Virus record (IMG/VR): IMGVR_UViG_3300033149_001838 | Location: 1 to 53,092 of that record | From: a virus | Lineage: Duplodnaviria > Caudoviricetes | DNA length: 53,092 bases | Strand: one strand, 5' to 3' | In this document: positions 20,031-29,104 of the stretch, piece by piece | How the letters are laid out: each line of letters starts with the position of its first letter | Position numbering within the stretch: position 1 is the first letter of the stretch | Notes under the pieces: model-generated | What the model was told of the DNA's origin: nothing | The model's input: only the letters and a program-made list of their open reading frames with translations | Databases searched by the model: none | Program-made: the position numbers and the translations under genes

Positions 20031-20552
20031 CTATATTTTACGAAAATACTCTGTTTGAGAGAATCCCTCCCATTCTTCAGGTCTACTAATACCTATCATA
20101 TAGTCTATAAGAGACAACTTCTTGTGATAATCTATATCTGACATCGCAAATGACTCAGTGTAATTCTCAACTCCATATTCATAAATCTTAATATCCGGTA
20201 CAGTTAGATTATGAAATAGGGATCTAAGTAGATCAGACTTCTGAAAATAGATTCTTCCAATACCTCCCACTACAATTTGTATTTGCAATTGTGCAGACAA
20301 TTTACTGATATTTATATATTCATCATACATCAAATTCTGTAACTTTTTGATACCCAATACTTTACCTATTTTGAATAAATCGTATCGTCTTTGAGCTAAA
20401 ATAGCATCCTCACATAGTTTATTATAGTCTAGAATTGTGGAAACATCTCTTTGGATTATGGTAATAATAAAGTTGCAGGGATCTTGTAGAATTCTACCTG
20501 TTGTATACTTTATCCACGAATAGGTATCTATTGACAACACTAAATTTTTCAT
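20031..20552 (-). CDS. Degenerate PIG-L/LmbE-like protein
   Basis: RRYDLFKIGKVLGI and KKLSLI...EYF resemble the LmbE deacetylase fold; HPDD motif absent. Confidence 0.4.
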   Translation of the reverse strand: MKNLVLSIDTYSWIKYTTGRILQDPCNFIITIIQRDVSTILDYNKLCEDAILAQRRYDLFKIGKVLGIKKLQNLMYDEYINISKLSAQLQIQIVVGGIGRIYFQKSDLLRSLFHNLTVPDIKIYEYGVENYTESFAMSDIDYHKKLSLIDYMIGISRPEEWEGFSQTEYFRKI

Positions 20553-21238
20553 ATTAACCTCTTATACCTGTCTAATAGAATATAGTCTTGTTTCAGTTGT
20601 TCAAACCGATCTATAGTAGGAAAGAAACCGTTACCAGCATAATGAATAATGAATGCGTCAAATCTGGATTTATTGCTCCATGACTCCTCAAACATACTCA
20701 TAAAATTCCACCGTATATCCAATTCATGAATGTCGAATTTATGAACAGCAATCATCATTCTTAAATATACGTCATCCTGTCCAAAATCTAACCACAGGTC
20801 TTGACCTTCAGTGTACTTAAAAACATCTTTATGTAATTTAGAAAATACACAAACTCCAGTATTTATATACCCCTCTTTGATGCCTACATTTACAAATTTC
20901 TTTTGAATGTCTTTTAACAAACTACGTCTGTGAAACTTTCTACTACCTTTGTCCTCAAATATACTTCCGATCTTGGACTCTGGAACTGTCTCAAAGATAT
21001 CTGGACAGGATCTCAAGATCAGAACGTCTGAGTCTATTACTGCTATTCTATCATAGTTATTAAATAGATTATATAATTTTAAAATTCTGTAGTGTGGATG
21101 AATATTGCCTGACTCTGATATAATCTGAAAATCAGCTTTACATTTAATAGCATATCTCTTTAAAATTGGGTGTGTAATACTGCATAATTGGGATATTTTG
21201 TCATCTGCTCTTGTTACTATCAATCTTTTCTCGGGCAT
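20549..21238 (-). CDS. GT-A glycosyltransferase (GT8-like)
   Basis: YDRIAVIDSDVL, YINTGV, GQDD, WN, IIHYAG motifs. Confidence 0.8.
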   Translation of the reverse strand: MPEKRLIVTRADDKISQLCSITHPILKRYAIKCKADFQIISESGNIHPHYRILKLYNLFNNYDRIAVIDSDVLILRSCPDIFETVPESKIGSIFEDKGSRKFHRRSLLKDIQKKFVNVGIKEGYINTGVCVFSKLHKDVFKYTEGQDLWLDFGQDDVYLRMMIAVHKFDIHELDIRWNFMSMFEESWSNKSRFDAFIIHYAGNGFFPTIDRFEQLKQDYILLDRYKRLI

Positions 21239-21243
21239 AAATC

Positions 21244-22449
21244 TTACCTCTTGTGTGCTACCAAAATATCTTCAAACTCTTCATTGAATTTAGACTGAAT
21301 ATCTTTTAGTTCTTGATTACTAAAATTATCTGTATACCAAATATTGTTACTATATTCATCCATAGTGCTAAAATCAGTACCCTCAAATTCATCTTTCCAG
21401 AACTTACTTCCAGGATATGGACATAGAATTGTCATACCAAACACATCTGGTTCTATATCATAAATTAGTTTTCTGGTCTCTTCTATTGTTTGATAAGTTT
21501 CATCCGGCATACCTAAAAGAAAAAATGCTCGTCTTTGTATGCCAATTTCTTTAGCCCACCTAAATACAGATTTTATCCTAGGTATTGTTACACCCTTATG
21601 CATACTATTTAGTATCTTCTGAGATCCACTTTCTACACCGAAATTAAGCTGGGCACATCCAGACTCTTTTATCAAACCCAAAATATTTCTATCTAAATAT
21701 GCTATATGAGCCATAGCCTCATAAGGTATAGTATTATTTCTTTTTATCTTTGCATTACAGAACTCTCTAACTGCTGACCTGGGATATGCCCAAGTGGGAT
21801 CTACAAACTTAAATTTATCTATGTGATATTCTTTATCTACATATTCTATTTCATCTAGTACAATAGCAGGATTCTTAATTCTAACATAATTATTGGACAT
21901 CAATCTTTCACTACAAAAAGAGCAACTATTGGCACAGCCTCTTCTGGATTGAAAACTAGCTATTCGTTCACCACAAATACTCTCACACTTATCCAACATC
22001 AAATCTTGTCTAATTAGTTCCCTATTAGCTTTAACCATATGCAAAATAGGAGTAGCAAATAAATATCTGTGGTCATCGCCGGTTAGTATCTTAGAAAAAG
22101 CTACTTCACCTTCACCAGCAACCACATAGTCAAATACTTCTGAGATAGAGAATGGAGTGGCTGTAGGATGCCATCCTCCAATTACTGTTTTTATAGCTTT
22201 ATTCCTATTTTTTAATTCAGTTGCAATTCTCTCACATTCTGGATAAGTTGGAGTGGTACATGTAAAAGCTACAATATCATTGTCTAATAGATTCTCTATA
22301 GTTAGATTCTCTAGATTATAATTGTATACCGAAGTTTGCACATTAGAATATTTATTGTTATAATATTCTATAATATTTCCAATACCTATAGGTTCCCATA
22401 TATTTTTGTACTTAGGTACCACAAATGCAACTCTCATATTATGCCTCAT
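21244..22449 (-). CDS. B12-binding radical SAM enzyme
   Basis: IGGWHPT, GEGE, SRRGCANSCSFC, GVESGSQKIL, PYPGS; real start may be Met5. Confidence 0.9.
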   Translation of the reverse strand: MRHNMRVAFVVPKYKNIWEPIGIGNIIEYYNNKYSNVQTSVYNYNLENLTIENLLDNDIVAFTCTTPTYPECERIATELKNRNKAIKTVIGGWHPTATPFSISEVFDYVVAGEGEVAFSKILTGDDHRYLFATPILHMVKANRELIRQDLMLDKCESICGERIASFQSRRGCANSCSFCSERLMSNNYVRIKNPAIVLDEIEYVDKEYHIDKFKFVDPTWAYPRSAVREFCNAKIKRNNTIPYEAMAHIAYLDRNILGLIKESGCAQLNFGVESGSQKILNSMHKGVTIPRIKSVFRWAKEIGIQRRAFFLLGMPDETYQTIEETRKLIYDIEPDVFGMTILCPYPGSKFWKDEFEGTDFSTMDEYSNNIWYTDNFSNQELKDIQSKFNEEFEDILVAHKR

Positions 22450-23389
22450 TTATGACACTAGCAATGAAAGGAACTTTATCTAACATTCTCTCATATGTTG
22501 GAAGTGCTATAATTCTATTAGCTATATTATCAGTTATAGATAGCCCGTTAATTAGGGGTTCATAATATGACTTAACTTCTACGTTATTCTTAATAAAAGA
22601 TTTAACAATTTTATCTTTTTTATGTTTATTTTCCAATAAAATACAATATGTGCTAACACTATTTCTAGTCTTCTGCTCTGTGAATGGTATCTTGATTAAT
22701 TTTCTATACTTTTTAATTATTTCATTTTTTATTTTTGTCCTTTTGTGCAACGTATCTAAAGATAAAAAGAACAAGTATGCACTAACTTCCAGCATTTTAG
22801 CACTTAGTTTTATTATTTCATGAGCAGCTTCATATATTTTATAATTAGATGTAAGAATAACTCCCCCCTGACCACAAATCACGGGTTTTGTAAATGAGAA
22901 ACTCACAACCTCTACCATTCCTCTTTGTCCCAGGTCTTTTATCTCAAATCCATGTGCAGCATCATATATTACTGGAACATCTGTTTTAACATAAGATCTG
23001 TGACCAAATATATCAACTGGCATAACCACATCAAAATCTTCTTGTGCGGTAGACAAGTCTATACACCACGTTTTCTCATCTATATCACAAAATACTGGGG
23101 TATTACCTGAACATAGAATGGCATGTAGTGTACTAGGCCATGTAAATGCGGGTAGTGCTATCTTTTTATTTTTAATCCCAGAACCAATTAGGGCTGCAAT
23201 CAAGCCCTGGGTGGCACTTGAACACGCAATGGCATAATTTACATTACATTTTTGTTCCATATAAGTTTCAAAATCATCTACATAATCACCATCACAAAAC
23301 CATCCAGACTCTATAATATTTTTTATTTTATCTACATCTAACTGAGTCAATACTATGTCTGGTTTAACAAACTGAATATAGGATTTCAT
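22439..23389 (-). CDS. DegT/DnrJ/EryC1/StrS PLP-dependent sugar aminotransferase
   Basis: ACSSAT, PAFTW, PVFCDID, YDAAH, SFSFTKP..GQGG (PLP lysine). Confidence 0.92.
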   Translation of the reverse strand: MKSYIQFVKPDIVLTQLDVDKIKNIIESGWFCDGDYVDDFETYMEQKCNVNYAIACSSATQGLIAALIGSGIKNKKIALPAFTWPSTLHAILCSGNTPVFCDIDEKTWCIDLSTAQEDFDVVMPVDIFGHRSYVKTDVPVIYDAAHGFEIKDLGQRGMVEVVSFSFTKPVICGQGGVILTSNYKIYEAAHEIIKLSAKMLEVSAYLFFLSLDTLHKRTKIKNEIIKKYRKLIKIPFTEQKTRNSVSTYCILLENKHKKDKIVKSFIKNNVEVKSYYEPLINGLSITDNIANRIIALPTYERMLDKVPFIASVINEA

Positions 23390-23422
23390 TAGTCCCTCTT
23401 AAAAATTCAAAATTGGTAAAAG

Positions 23423-24496
23423 TTATCCATCAGCTCTGTATTGGTTAACCCACTTCATTGTTGGTTTTATGATTCCAATAACTTTGTTATTTATAAGCCT
23501 ATCTGCCATTGTCTCTTCAGGATGTCCACCTATAAAAGAAGCTGCTGTTTTAATACCAATACTATTAGTCCACTTAAAGAAATCTATTATCTGTTCTGTG
23601 GTTATACCTTTATTATATACATCTAGCATATGCTGACTACAATTTTCAACCCCAACATATAAGCCTATACATCCAGCTTTGTACATTAAATTCAAAGTAT
23701 GTTCATCAACAGTATCTACCCTAGTCTCACAGGCCCACTTCAGATTAACATTGTTATCTATAAATAATCTGCATATATCTATTGTCCGTTTATTGTTACA
23801 GGTAAAATTATCTTCTCTGAAATAAATACCTTGAGCACCTAAAGACTTAATGTACAATGCATCATCTAACACTTTTTCTGGGGAATAGTAAGTATATTTT
23901 CTCTGCCATATTTTCTTTACACTGCAAAAAGAGCAATTAAAAGGACATCCTCTACTAGAGTTCATTACTATCACTGGAGAAATATTTTTATCAAATGGAA
24001 AGTCCCATACATAATTAGATTTATTAAAAAACAACTCATAGGGATATCTAGGAAGATTATCTAGCTCTTCATTATTTAATCTGGGTGTAGTTATTATTTT
24101 ATCAGATATTTTGCCTCTTACTAAATCATAAATAATATGTTCAGCTTCTCCCCTAACTACCCGTACATTAGAGGGAAAACTCTCAGGGTACAAATAAGCA
24201 TGAGGGCCACCAACTGCAATTATTCTGGACTTAAGTCTTGACAATACCGAATATATGTCTTCTGAACATACACTTGTACAATATAGGCCAACAAAGTCAT
24301 AATCAGCAAAATCATCTTTGTCCCAATAGGTCTCTCCGCAGTATCTGTCATATAACTCACCATTAATGCCTTTTTCTCTTAAAACAGAGTATAATATTCC
24401 TAAACCAGTAGGACTTCTACGTTCATCTGTTGCAAATCTATGATTTCCAACCAATCCATCAGGATTAGGTTTAGCAGTCATCAATGCTATCTTCAT
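23423..24496 (-). CDS. B12-binding radical SAM enzyme
   Basis: VGGPHA, GEAE, SSRGCPFNCSFC, FREDNFT, GVEN. Confidence 0.9.
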   Translation of the reverse strand: MKIALMTAKPNPDGLVGNHRFATDERRSPTGLGILYSVLREKGINGELYDRYCGETYWDKDDFADYDFVGLYCTSVCSEDIYSVLSRLKSRIIAVGGPHAYLYPESFPSNVRVVRGEAEHIIYDLVRGKISDKIITTPRLNNEELDNLPRYPYELFFNKSNYVWDFPFDKNISPVIVMNSSRGCPFNCSFCSVKKIWQRKYTYYSPEKVLDDALYIKSLGAQGIYFREDNFTCNNKRTIDICRLFIDNNVNLKWACETRVDTVDEHTLNLMYKAGCIGLYVGVENCSQHMLDVYNKGITTEQIIDFFKWTNSIGIKTAASFIGGHPEETMADRLINNKVIGIIKPTMKWVNQYRADG

Positions 24497-24507
24497 AGTT
24501 AAAATTC

Positions 24508-25518
24508 CTATTTACTGGCTCTAAAGCAATTATTCTCAATAATTACATTGTTGAAATCTTTTAGTATATGTCTTAATTCGGTTTCTGTGTATTCATAGAT
24601 ATGAGCATACGTACTAGGCTCTGATATCGTGGTAGTTCTAATAGGAGTAGACCCAATCAAAAGTCCTCCCTGTTTTAAGACTCTATGTATCTCAGATATA
24701 GTTTTACTTAATTGCAAGGGTAGAAGATGTTCCAGTACCTCAAAACATATTACCTTATCAAAGGAGGCTGAATCAAGACTCATGTTAGAACAAGGCATGT
24801 GATACCCTTCTATAGTATATCTATCTCTTAATTCTTTGACAGCCTCTTCAGAATAGTCTATCCCTATTATTTTCTTGCATCCGCTTTTAAGAGCACTAGT
24901 AACAAACCCATCTCCACAACCCACGTCTAGCACAACATCAGTCTCTGTTATATATTTTATAGCATAATTAATCCTATTATTTATATAATCATAAAAATGC
25001 TCAGGTGTCTCAGATACTGAACATCGTTCTGCTGTACTGAAGTTCCAGTTGTCAGTTCTACTTTTCAGTATCCTTGCCGGATTACCAACTACTACCTTAG
25101 CCATTGGAAACGACTTAGTTACTACAGCCCCTGCACCAACAACAGTTCCTTTGCCAAGTGTGACATTATCAAGTATAACACTTCCAGCTCCTAACCAATT
25201 ATCCCCCATTAATGTAATACCTTTTCCAACATTCTCTTGTTGAGATATTGGGGTATCAAAAGAAGCATAAGAATGATTTTGAGCATATATCCCACAATGT
25301 GGAGCTATAATACACCAATCACCTATCTCTACATCTCCTTTACCATGTATGACAGTATAATGATTAATGATAACATTGTTACCTATTATTATATTACCTG
25401 TCTCTGGTCTGAGTACAACCCCAGGTTTAATGTGGGTATTGTCACCAATAACTATATTGCCTAACTGTTCACTGATTATAGCATCTTCTGCTACTGTAGA
25501 ATAATTTCCAACTTTCAT
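24508..25518 (-). CDS. Hexapeptide O-acyltransferase fused to class I SAM methyltransferase
   Basis: N-terminal left-handed beta-helix (IGDN.., WLGAGSVIL..VVGAGAVVTK..GNPAR); C-terminal VLDVGCGDG and FEVLEH. Confidence 0.88.
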   Translation of the reverse strand: MKVGNYSTVAEDAIISEQLGNIVIGDNTHIKPGVVLRPETGNIIIGNNVIINHYTVIHGKGDVEIGDWCIIAPHCGIYAQNHSYASFDTPISQQENVGKGITLMGDNWLGAGSVILDNVTLGKGTVVGAGAVVTKSFPMAKVVVGNPARILKSRTDNWNFSTAERCSVSETPEHFYDYINNRINYAIKYITETDVVLDVGCGDGFVTSALKSGCKKIIGIDYSEEAVKELRDRYTIEGYHMPCSNMSLDSASFDKVICFEVLEHLLPLQLSKTISEIHRVLKQGGLLIGSTPIRTTTISEPSTYAHIYEYTETELRHILKDFNNVIIENNCFRASK

Positions 25519-26228
25519 TAGTTCCTCATCTTATACTTTGAAAGTGAGTGAAAATAGTTAGCATTATCTATTTGCTCTTGTTTGTCTACTTTATATATAT
25601 TAAGAGGATTTGAGTCATTATATATGTACAGCACTTTGTCTACAAACCGTTGTTTATCATAAGGAGTCATTTCCAAGATTGGCAACATTACAGCTCTATC
25701 ATAAGCACTCATGGCCCAATTCCCATTCGGGAGAATAAAATCAGTTTTATCAATATTGTTCCATAAGAAGCCTTTAAACGTCTGTAAATGAACCGCTCTC
25801 CACTCATAATTTCTATAATCTATACCCTCTGGATATGCCTTACCCTCAATAATTCCAGAGTTCTGCCATATAAAACTACCATATGTCATCCAACAATTTG
25901 TGTGTCTATATAACTCTTCTATATAACTGATAACGCCGGATGAAGCTAATCTATCGTCCATATCTACTATTATCACTATGTCATCATCGGATGGTTTTAA
26001 ATAATGAGCTGCATTGTATAACCAACCTCTACGCTTGTCCGTTCTAATACCAACATGATACCTTTTGATAACTCCAAAAGTACCATCTGTGCTACAGTCG
26101 TCTACTAGAATATGCTCAATATCTGACTGAACAGATTCCTGGTTCGTTATACTTAATATACAACTTTTGACAAACTCTTTACAGTTGTAACCAGCACTAT
26201 AAACTATAAATTTCACTATTGTCCCCAT
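25518..26228 (-). CDS. GT2 glycosyltransferase
   Basis: YN...CILSI..Q, VDDCSTDGT, VDMDD. Confidence 0.9.
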   Translation of the reverse strand: MGTIVKFIVYSAGYNCKEFVKSCILSITNQESVQSDIEHILVDDCSTDGTFGVIKRYHVGIRTDKRRGWLYNAAHYLKPSDDDIVIIVDMDDRLASSGVISYIEELYRHTNCWMTYGSFIWQNSGIIEGKAYPEGIDYRNYEWRAVHLQTFKGFLWNNIDKTDFILPNGNWAMSAYDRAVMLPILEMTPYDKQRFVDKVLYIYNDSNPLNIYKVDKQEQIDNANYFHSLSKYKMRN

Positions 26229-27166
26229 ATACGAGGAACTTCTGTTCCATTATATAAACTGTACAATATATTGTACAATTCTTCTATTCTCTTTGAGTCT
26301 GTGTGTCTCTTAGTTACTTGGACTAGAGCATTAGCGACAACTTCATTTGTTTTATCCCTATCTAAGAGAATAGATCTTGCTACATCTATGATATCAGAAC
26401 AATCATCTTTATATTCAAAATAACACTGGTCTTTGCCCCAAAACAATTCTTTTTCTTCCATCTTATTAGTCAAAAGAGCAGTACCACATAGTGGAATCTC
26501 AAATGTCTTTGCAAGTGGTGTATGTAGTATCCCACCAGCACAGGACAAACATCCAACATACTGCTGGAGATACTCCTTATATCTATCCCAAATCCCACCA
26601 TATTCCAGGGCCAACAGATCAGCCTCTTTAAGAATACTTATAGCTTTACGTCTGATATCATAATAAACTTGTTCTATACTATCACTACCAGCAAACCCAA
26701 TTCTGCTAATTCGTGGGCCGTCTACTTTAGTAAACTCAGCTTCGTTAGCGGAAAACGGAAGCCAGACAGATTGAAATGAGAATTTGTCAGGATAAAAATG
26801 TCTACGAATTATCACTGAGAAATTCATATCTCTGTACCAATTTAGTACTTTGTGATCCTGTGGCTCATTTCCATCATAATGATCTTCTTCTATAATAGCT
26901 GACGGAATGTCAATAGAAGAAAAGTCAAAAGGAAGCCAATCATAACAACCAGGTTTATAGAACAACAGTAGAATAACATCAGGCTGTAGTTCAGTAATAA
27001 CATCTTTCATTGTAATACTTGGATTGTATGAGAGAGGAGAAAGATTACTCTTCTCTCCAGGACCATAAATGACCAAGTTAGAGTAACTCTCTAGTTTAAG
27101 TACAAAATACAATCTGGTTCTACTATCTTTGGCCAAATACCTATCATAAAGGAGCAGTATCTTCAT
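26216..27166 (-). CDS. GT-B glycosyltransferase (CgeB / Glyco_trans_1_2-like)
   Basis: WLPFSAN, IGFAGS, KTFEIPLCGTALLT, HT..KR. Confidence 0.82.
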   Translation of the reverse strand: MKILLLYDRYLAKDSRTRLYFVLKLESYSNLVIYGPGEKSNLSPLSYNPSITMKDVITELQPDVILLLFYKPGCYDWLPFDFSSIDIPSAIIEEDHYDGNEPQDHKVLNWYRDMNFSVIIRRHFYPDKFSFQSVWLPFSANEAEFTKVDGPRISRIGFAGSDSIEQVYYDIRRKAISILKEADLLALEYGGIWDRYKEYLQQYVGCLSCAGGILHTPLAKTFEIPLCGTALLTNKMEEKELFWGKDQCYFEYKDDCSDIIDVARSILLDRDKTNEVVANALVQVTKRHTDSKRIEELYNILYSLYNGTEVPRIWGQ

Positions 27167-28078
27167 CTATTTACCTATTAATTTTAACATACTATTAACA
27201 GTATGATCCCACGTATAGTTTTTTAGAATCTTTTCCCTACCAAATATAGCTATATTTGCTATATCTTCGTCAGATAGTCCCTGTACTTTATCCATCATTT
27301 CGTCTATACTTTCAAACAATACAACTTCTTTACCATCCTCAACATATTTGTGCATAGTCCTGGTTGGATCATAATGTATTGTGCATACCCCACAGGACAT
27401 ACATCTGAATAATCTGTCTGAACAATAATCAGGAATAGTACTGAAAGTATTTATACTCAACATCATCTTTGAACTGGCACAAACTTGAGCAAATGCTTTA
27501 TTGACAACTTCTCCTCCATAACCGTTACCATAGGCTTTGACATCGTACCCAGCACTTTGCAGCTCTATTATAAATTTGTCTCTCTCTGCTGTCTTAGTCC
27601 CTATAAATGAAATATCAGCTTTAAAATCAGGTATAGCTGTAACTGGTTTAAAAATATCATGATCAATACCTTCAAAAATGCGATAGCAATTCTCAACCCC
27701 ATTTTCAACCATCCAATCAACTACACCACCACCAGTGCATGCTACAAAATTCGCATTTTTAGCTAAGTCTGCTGCACCACATAATTTAGCAGTTTCTATG
27801 GGGTCCATGAACCAATATAGGGTAGTCGTAAAGTCCCCACATCTTTTTATAACATTAGGATTTATGCCATTAGTTTTGCAAAATAACACAATCTTTGGAG
27901 AATATTTAACAATAGTTTTAAACAGCAACTGTTCAAATTGATCCATTCCATATTTACCAATTATGGTTCTATAATTAATTGGAATAACAGAATACCCAAA
28001 CTTAGTAAATGACTTAGCTATTGAAATATTGGTAGACCCCTTTACATCTAATACACCTACTACTATTATTGTTTTCAT
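27167..28078 (-). CDS. GT-B glycosyltransferase (CgeB / Glyco_trans_1_2-like)
   Basis: DISFIGT, SDRLFRCMSCG, IA..GR....YTW. Confidence 0.85.
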   Translation of the reverse strand: MKTIIVVGVLDVKGSTNISIAKSFTKFGYSVIPINYRTIIGKYGMDQFEQLLFKTIVKYSPKIVLFCKTNGINPNVIKRCGDFTTTLYWFMDPIETAKLCGAADLAKNANFVACTGGGVVDWMVENGVENCYRIFEGIDHDIFKPVTAIPDFKADISFIGTKTAERDKFIIELQSAGYDVKAYGNGYGGEVVNKAFAQVCASSKMMLSINTFSTIPDYCSDRLFRCMSCGVCTIHYDPTRTMHKYVEDGKEVVLFESIDEMMDKVQGLSDEDIANIAIFGREKILKNYTWDHTVNSMLKLIGK

Positions 28079-28080
28079 AT

Positions 28081-29049
28081 CTATTCCATCGTTTCATTTA
28101 TTAATTGATTTAAAATAGCTACATCTTTTTCAATAACATCATTAAGATTATTGAAGTATCCTGCATCATCTAAACTCTGAATAAACATAGTCACATCAGC
28201 TATAATTAACTCAGCAGATATAGCTCTATAATCCCCAGGTACTTTTCTGAAAGTTGTTGGTACATTAAGTCTATTTTCTGTTTCACAATGTCTCTCCTTT
28301 TCATGCCCAATAATATAAGAGGGACATCCAGATAAAAGAGATACGTGAGTTCCACCAGACTGACTACTTATACTACATACTGAACTATTCAGATACTGGA
28401 TAACTTTGTCTGTTTTATCCTCTTTGTTATATTTAATTAAATTAACTACATTCTTATCTTCGTAGTCTTCCAGACATGCACCATTAGGAGTACCAGCCAA
28501 TACAACTAGAAAAGTCTTTTTTAACTGATCAACTACTTCTCTCCATACTGATACAGGCACATTTCTTTGAGAAGCCCTTTCTCTACGTCTAGGCAAAATG
28601 GTTATAATAGGTCTATCACTATGAATAAGCTCAGTAGTATACTTACAAAATAATTGTAACTTTTTATCAATAGAATAATTACACCCTCTTGGAGGCCATA
28701 TCTCTATTGCTTTATCTATATTATAAAATTGCCTAAAATAGTCTATCAAATTAGTATACACATCTGGAGGAGTTAGACCACCAGGAGGACCCCCAGACAC
28801 AGGTGCTTCAAAGCAGTCTCTCTCTAAGTTTAATTGGTGAAACCACTCAGGTAGACCTATTGTGATATGGATAAAATCTTGCACAAATACATGTTTATCA
28901 AGATCAGTCATTAGAAGGAATTTATGATCTGGATATTTTTTCTTCTTTAAGAATCTGAGCCGTGCTTGCCATCTTTGAAGAAACCACCCAAATTCCCCGA
29001 TAAAAAAACTGACAACAGCAGGCTCATCAATGTATATATTGTTTTCCAT
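28081..29049 (-). CDS. GT9 (heptosyltransferase)-like glycosyltransferase
   Basis: GEFGW at the N-terminus; RNVP..W; SQSGGTHVSLLSGCP resembles the GT9 DSGxxHxAxAxxxP motif. Confidence 0.6.
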   Translation of the reverse strand: MENNIYIDEPAVVSFFIGEFGWFLQRWQARLRFLKKKKYPDHKFLLMTDLDKHVFVQDFIHITIGLPEWFHQLNLERDCFEAPVSGGPPGGLTPPDVYTNLIDYFRQFYNIDKAIEIWPPRGCNYSIDKKLQLFCKYTTELIHSDRPIITILPRRRERASQRNVPVSVWREVVDQLKKTFLVVLAGTPNGACLEDYEDKNVVNLIKYNKEDKTDKVIQYLNSSVCSISSQSGGTHVSLLSGCPSYIIGHEKERHCETENRLNVPTTFRKVPGDYRAISAELIIADVTMFIQSLDDAGYFNNLNDVIEKDVAILNQLINETME

Positions 29050-29104
29050 CTATTCCCTTGTATTTACACAATGTCTTAAAAGTTATTATCTGCACTCACG
29101 TTAT

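Noticed and set aside
20031-29049. Cluster as a host LPS/capsule locus or a DNA hypermodification pathway
   Set aside because: No transport, polymerase or nucleotide-sugar core genes, and it is tightly embedded in virion genes. No base hydroxymethylase or nucleotide kinase is seen in this window. Disfavoured, not excluded.
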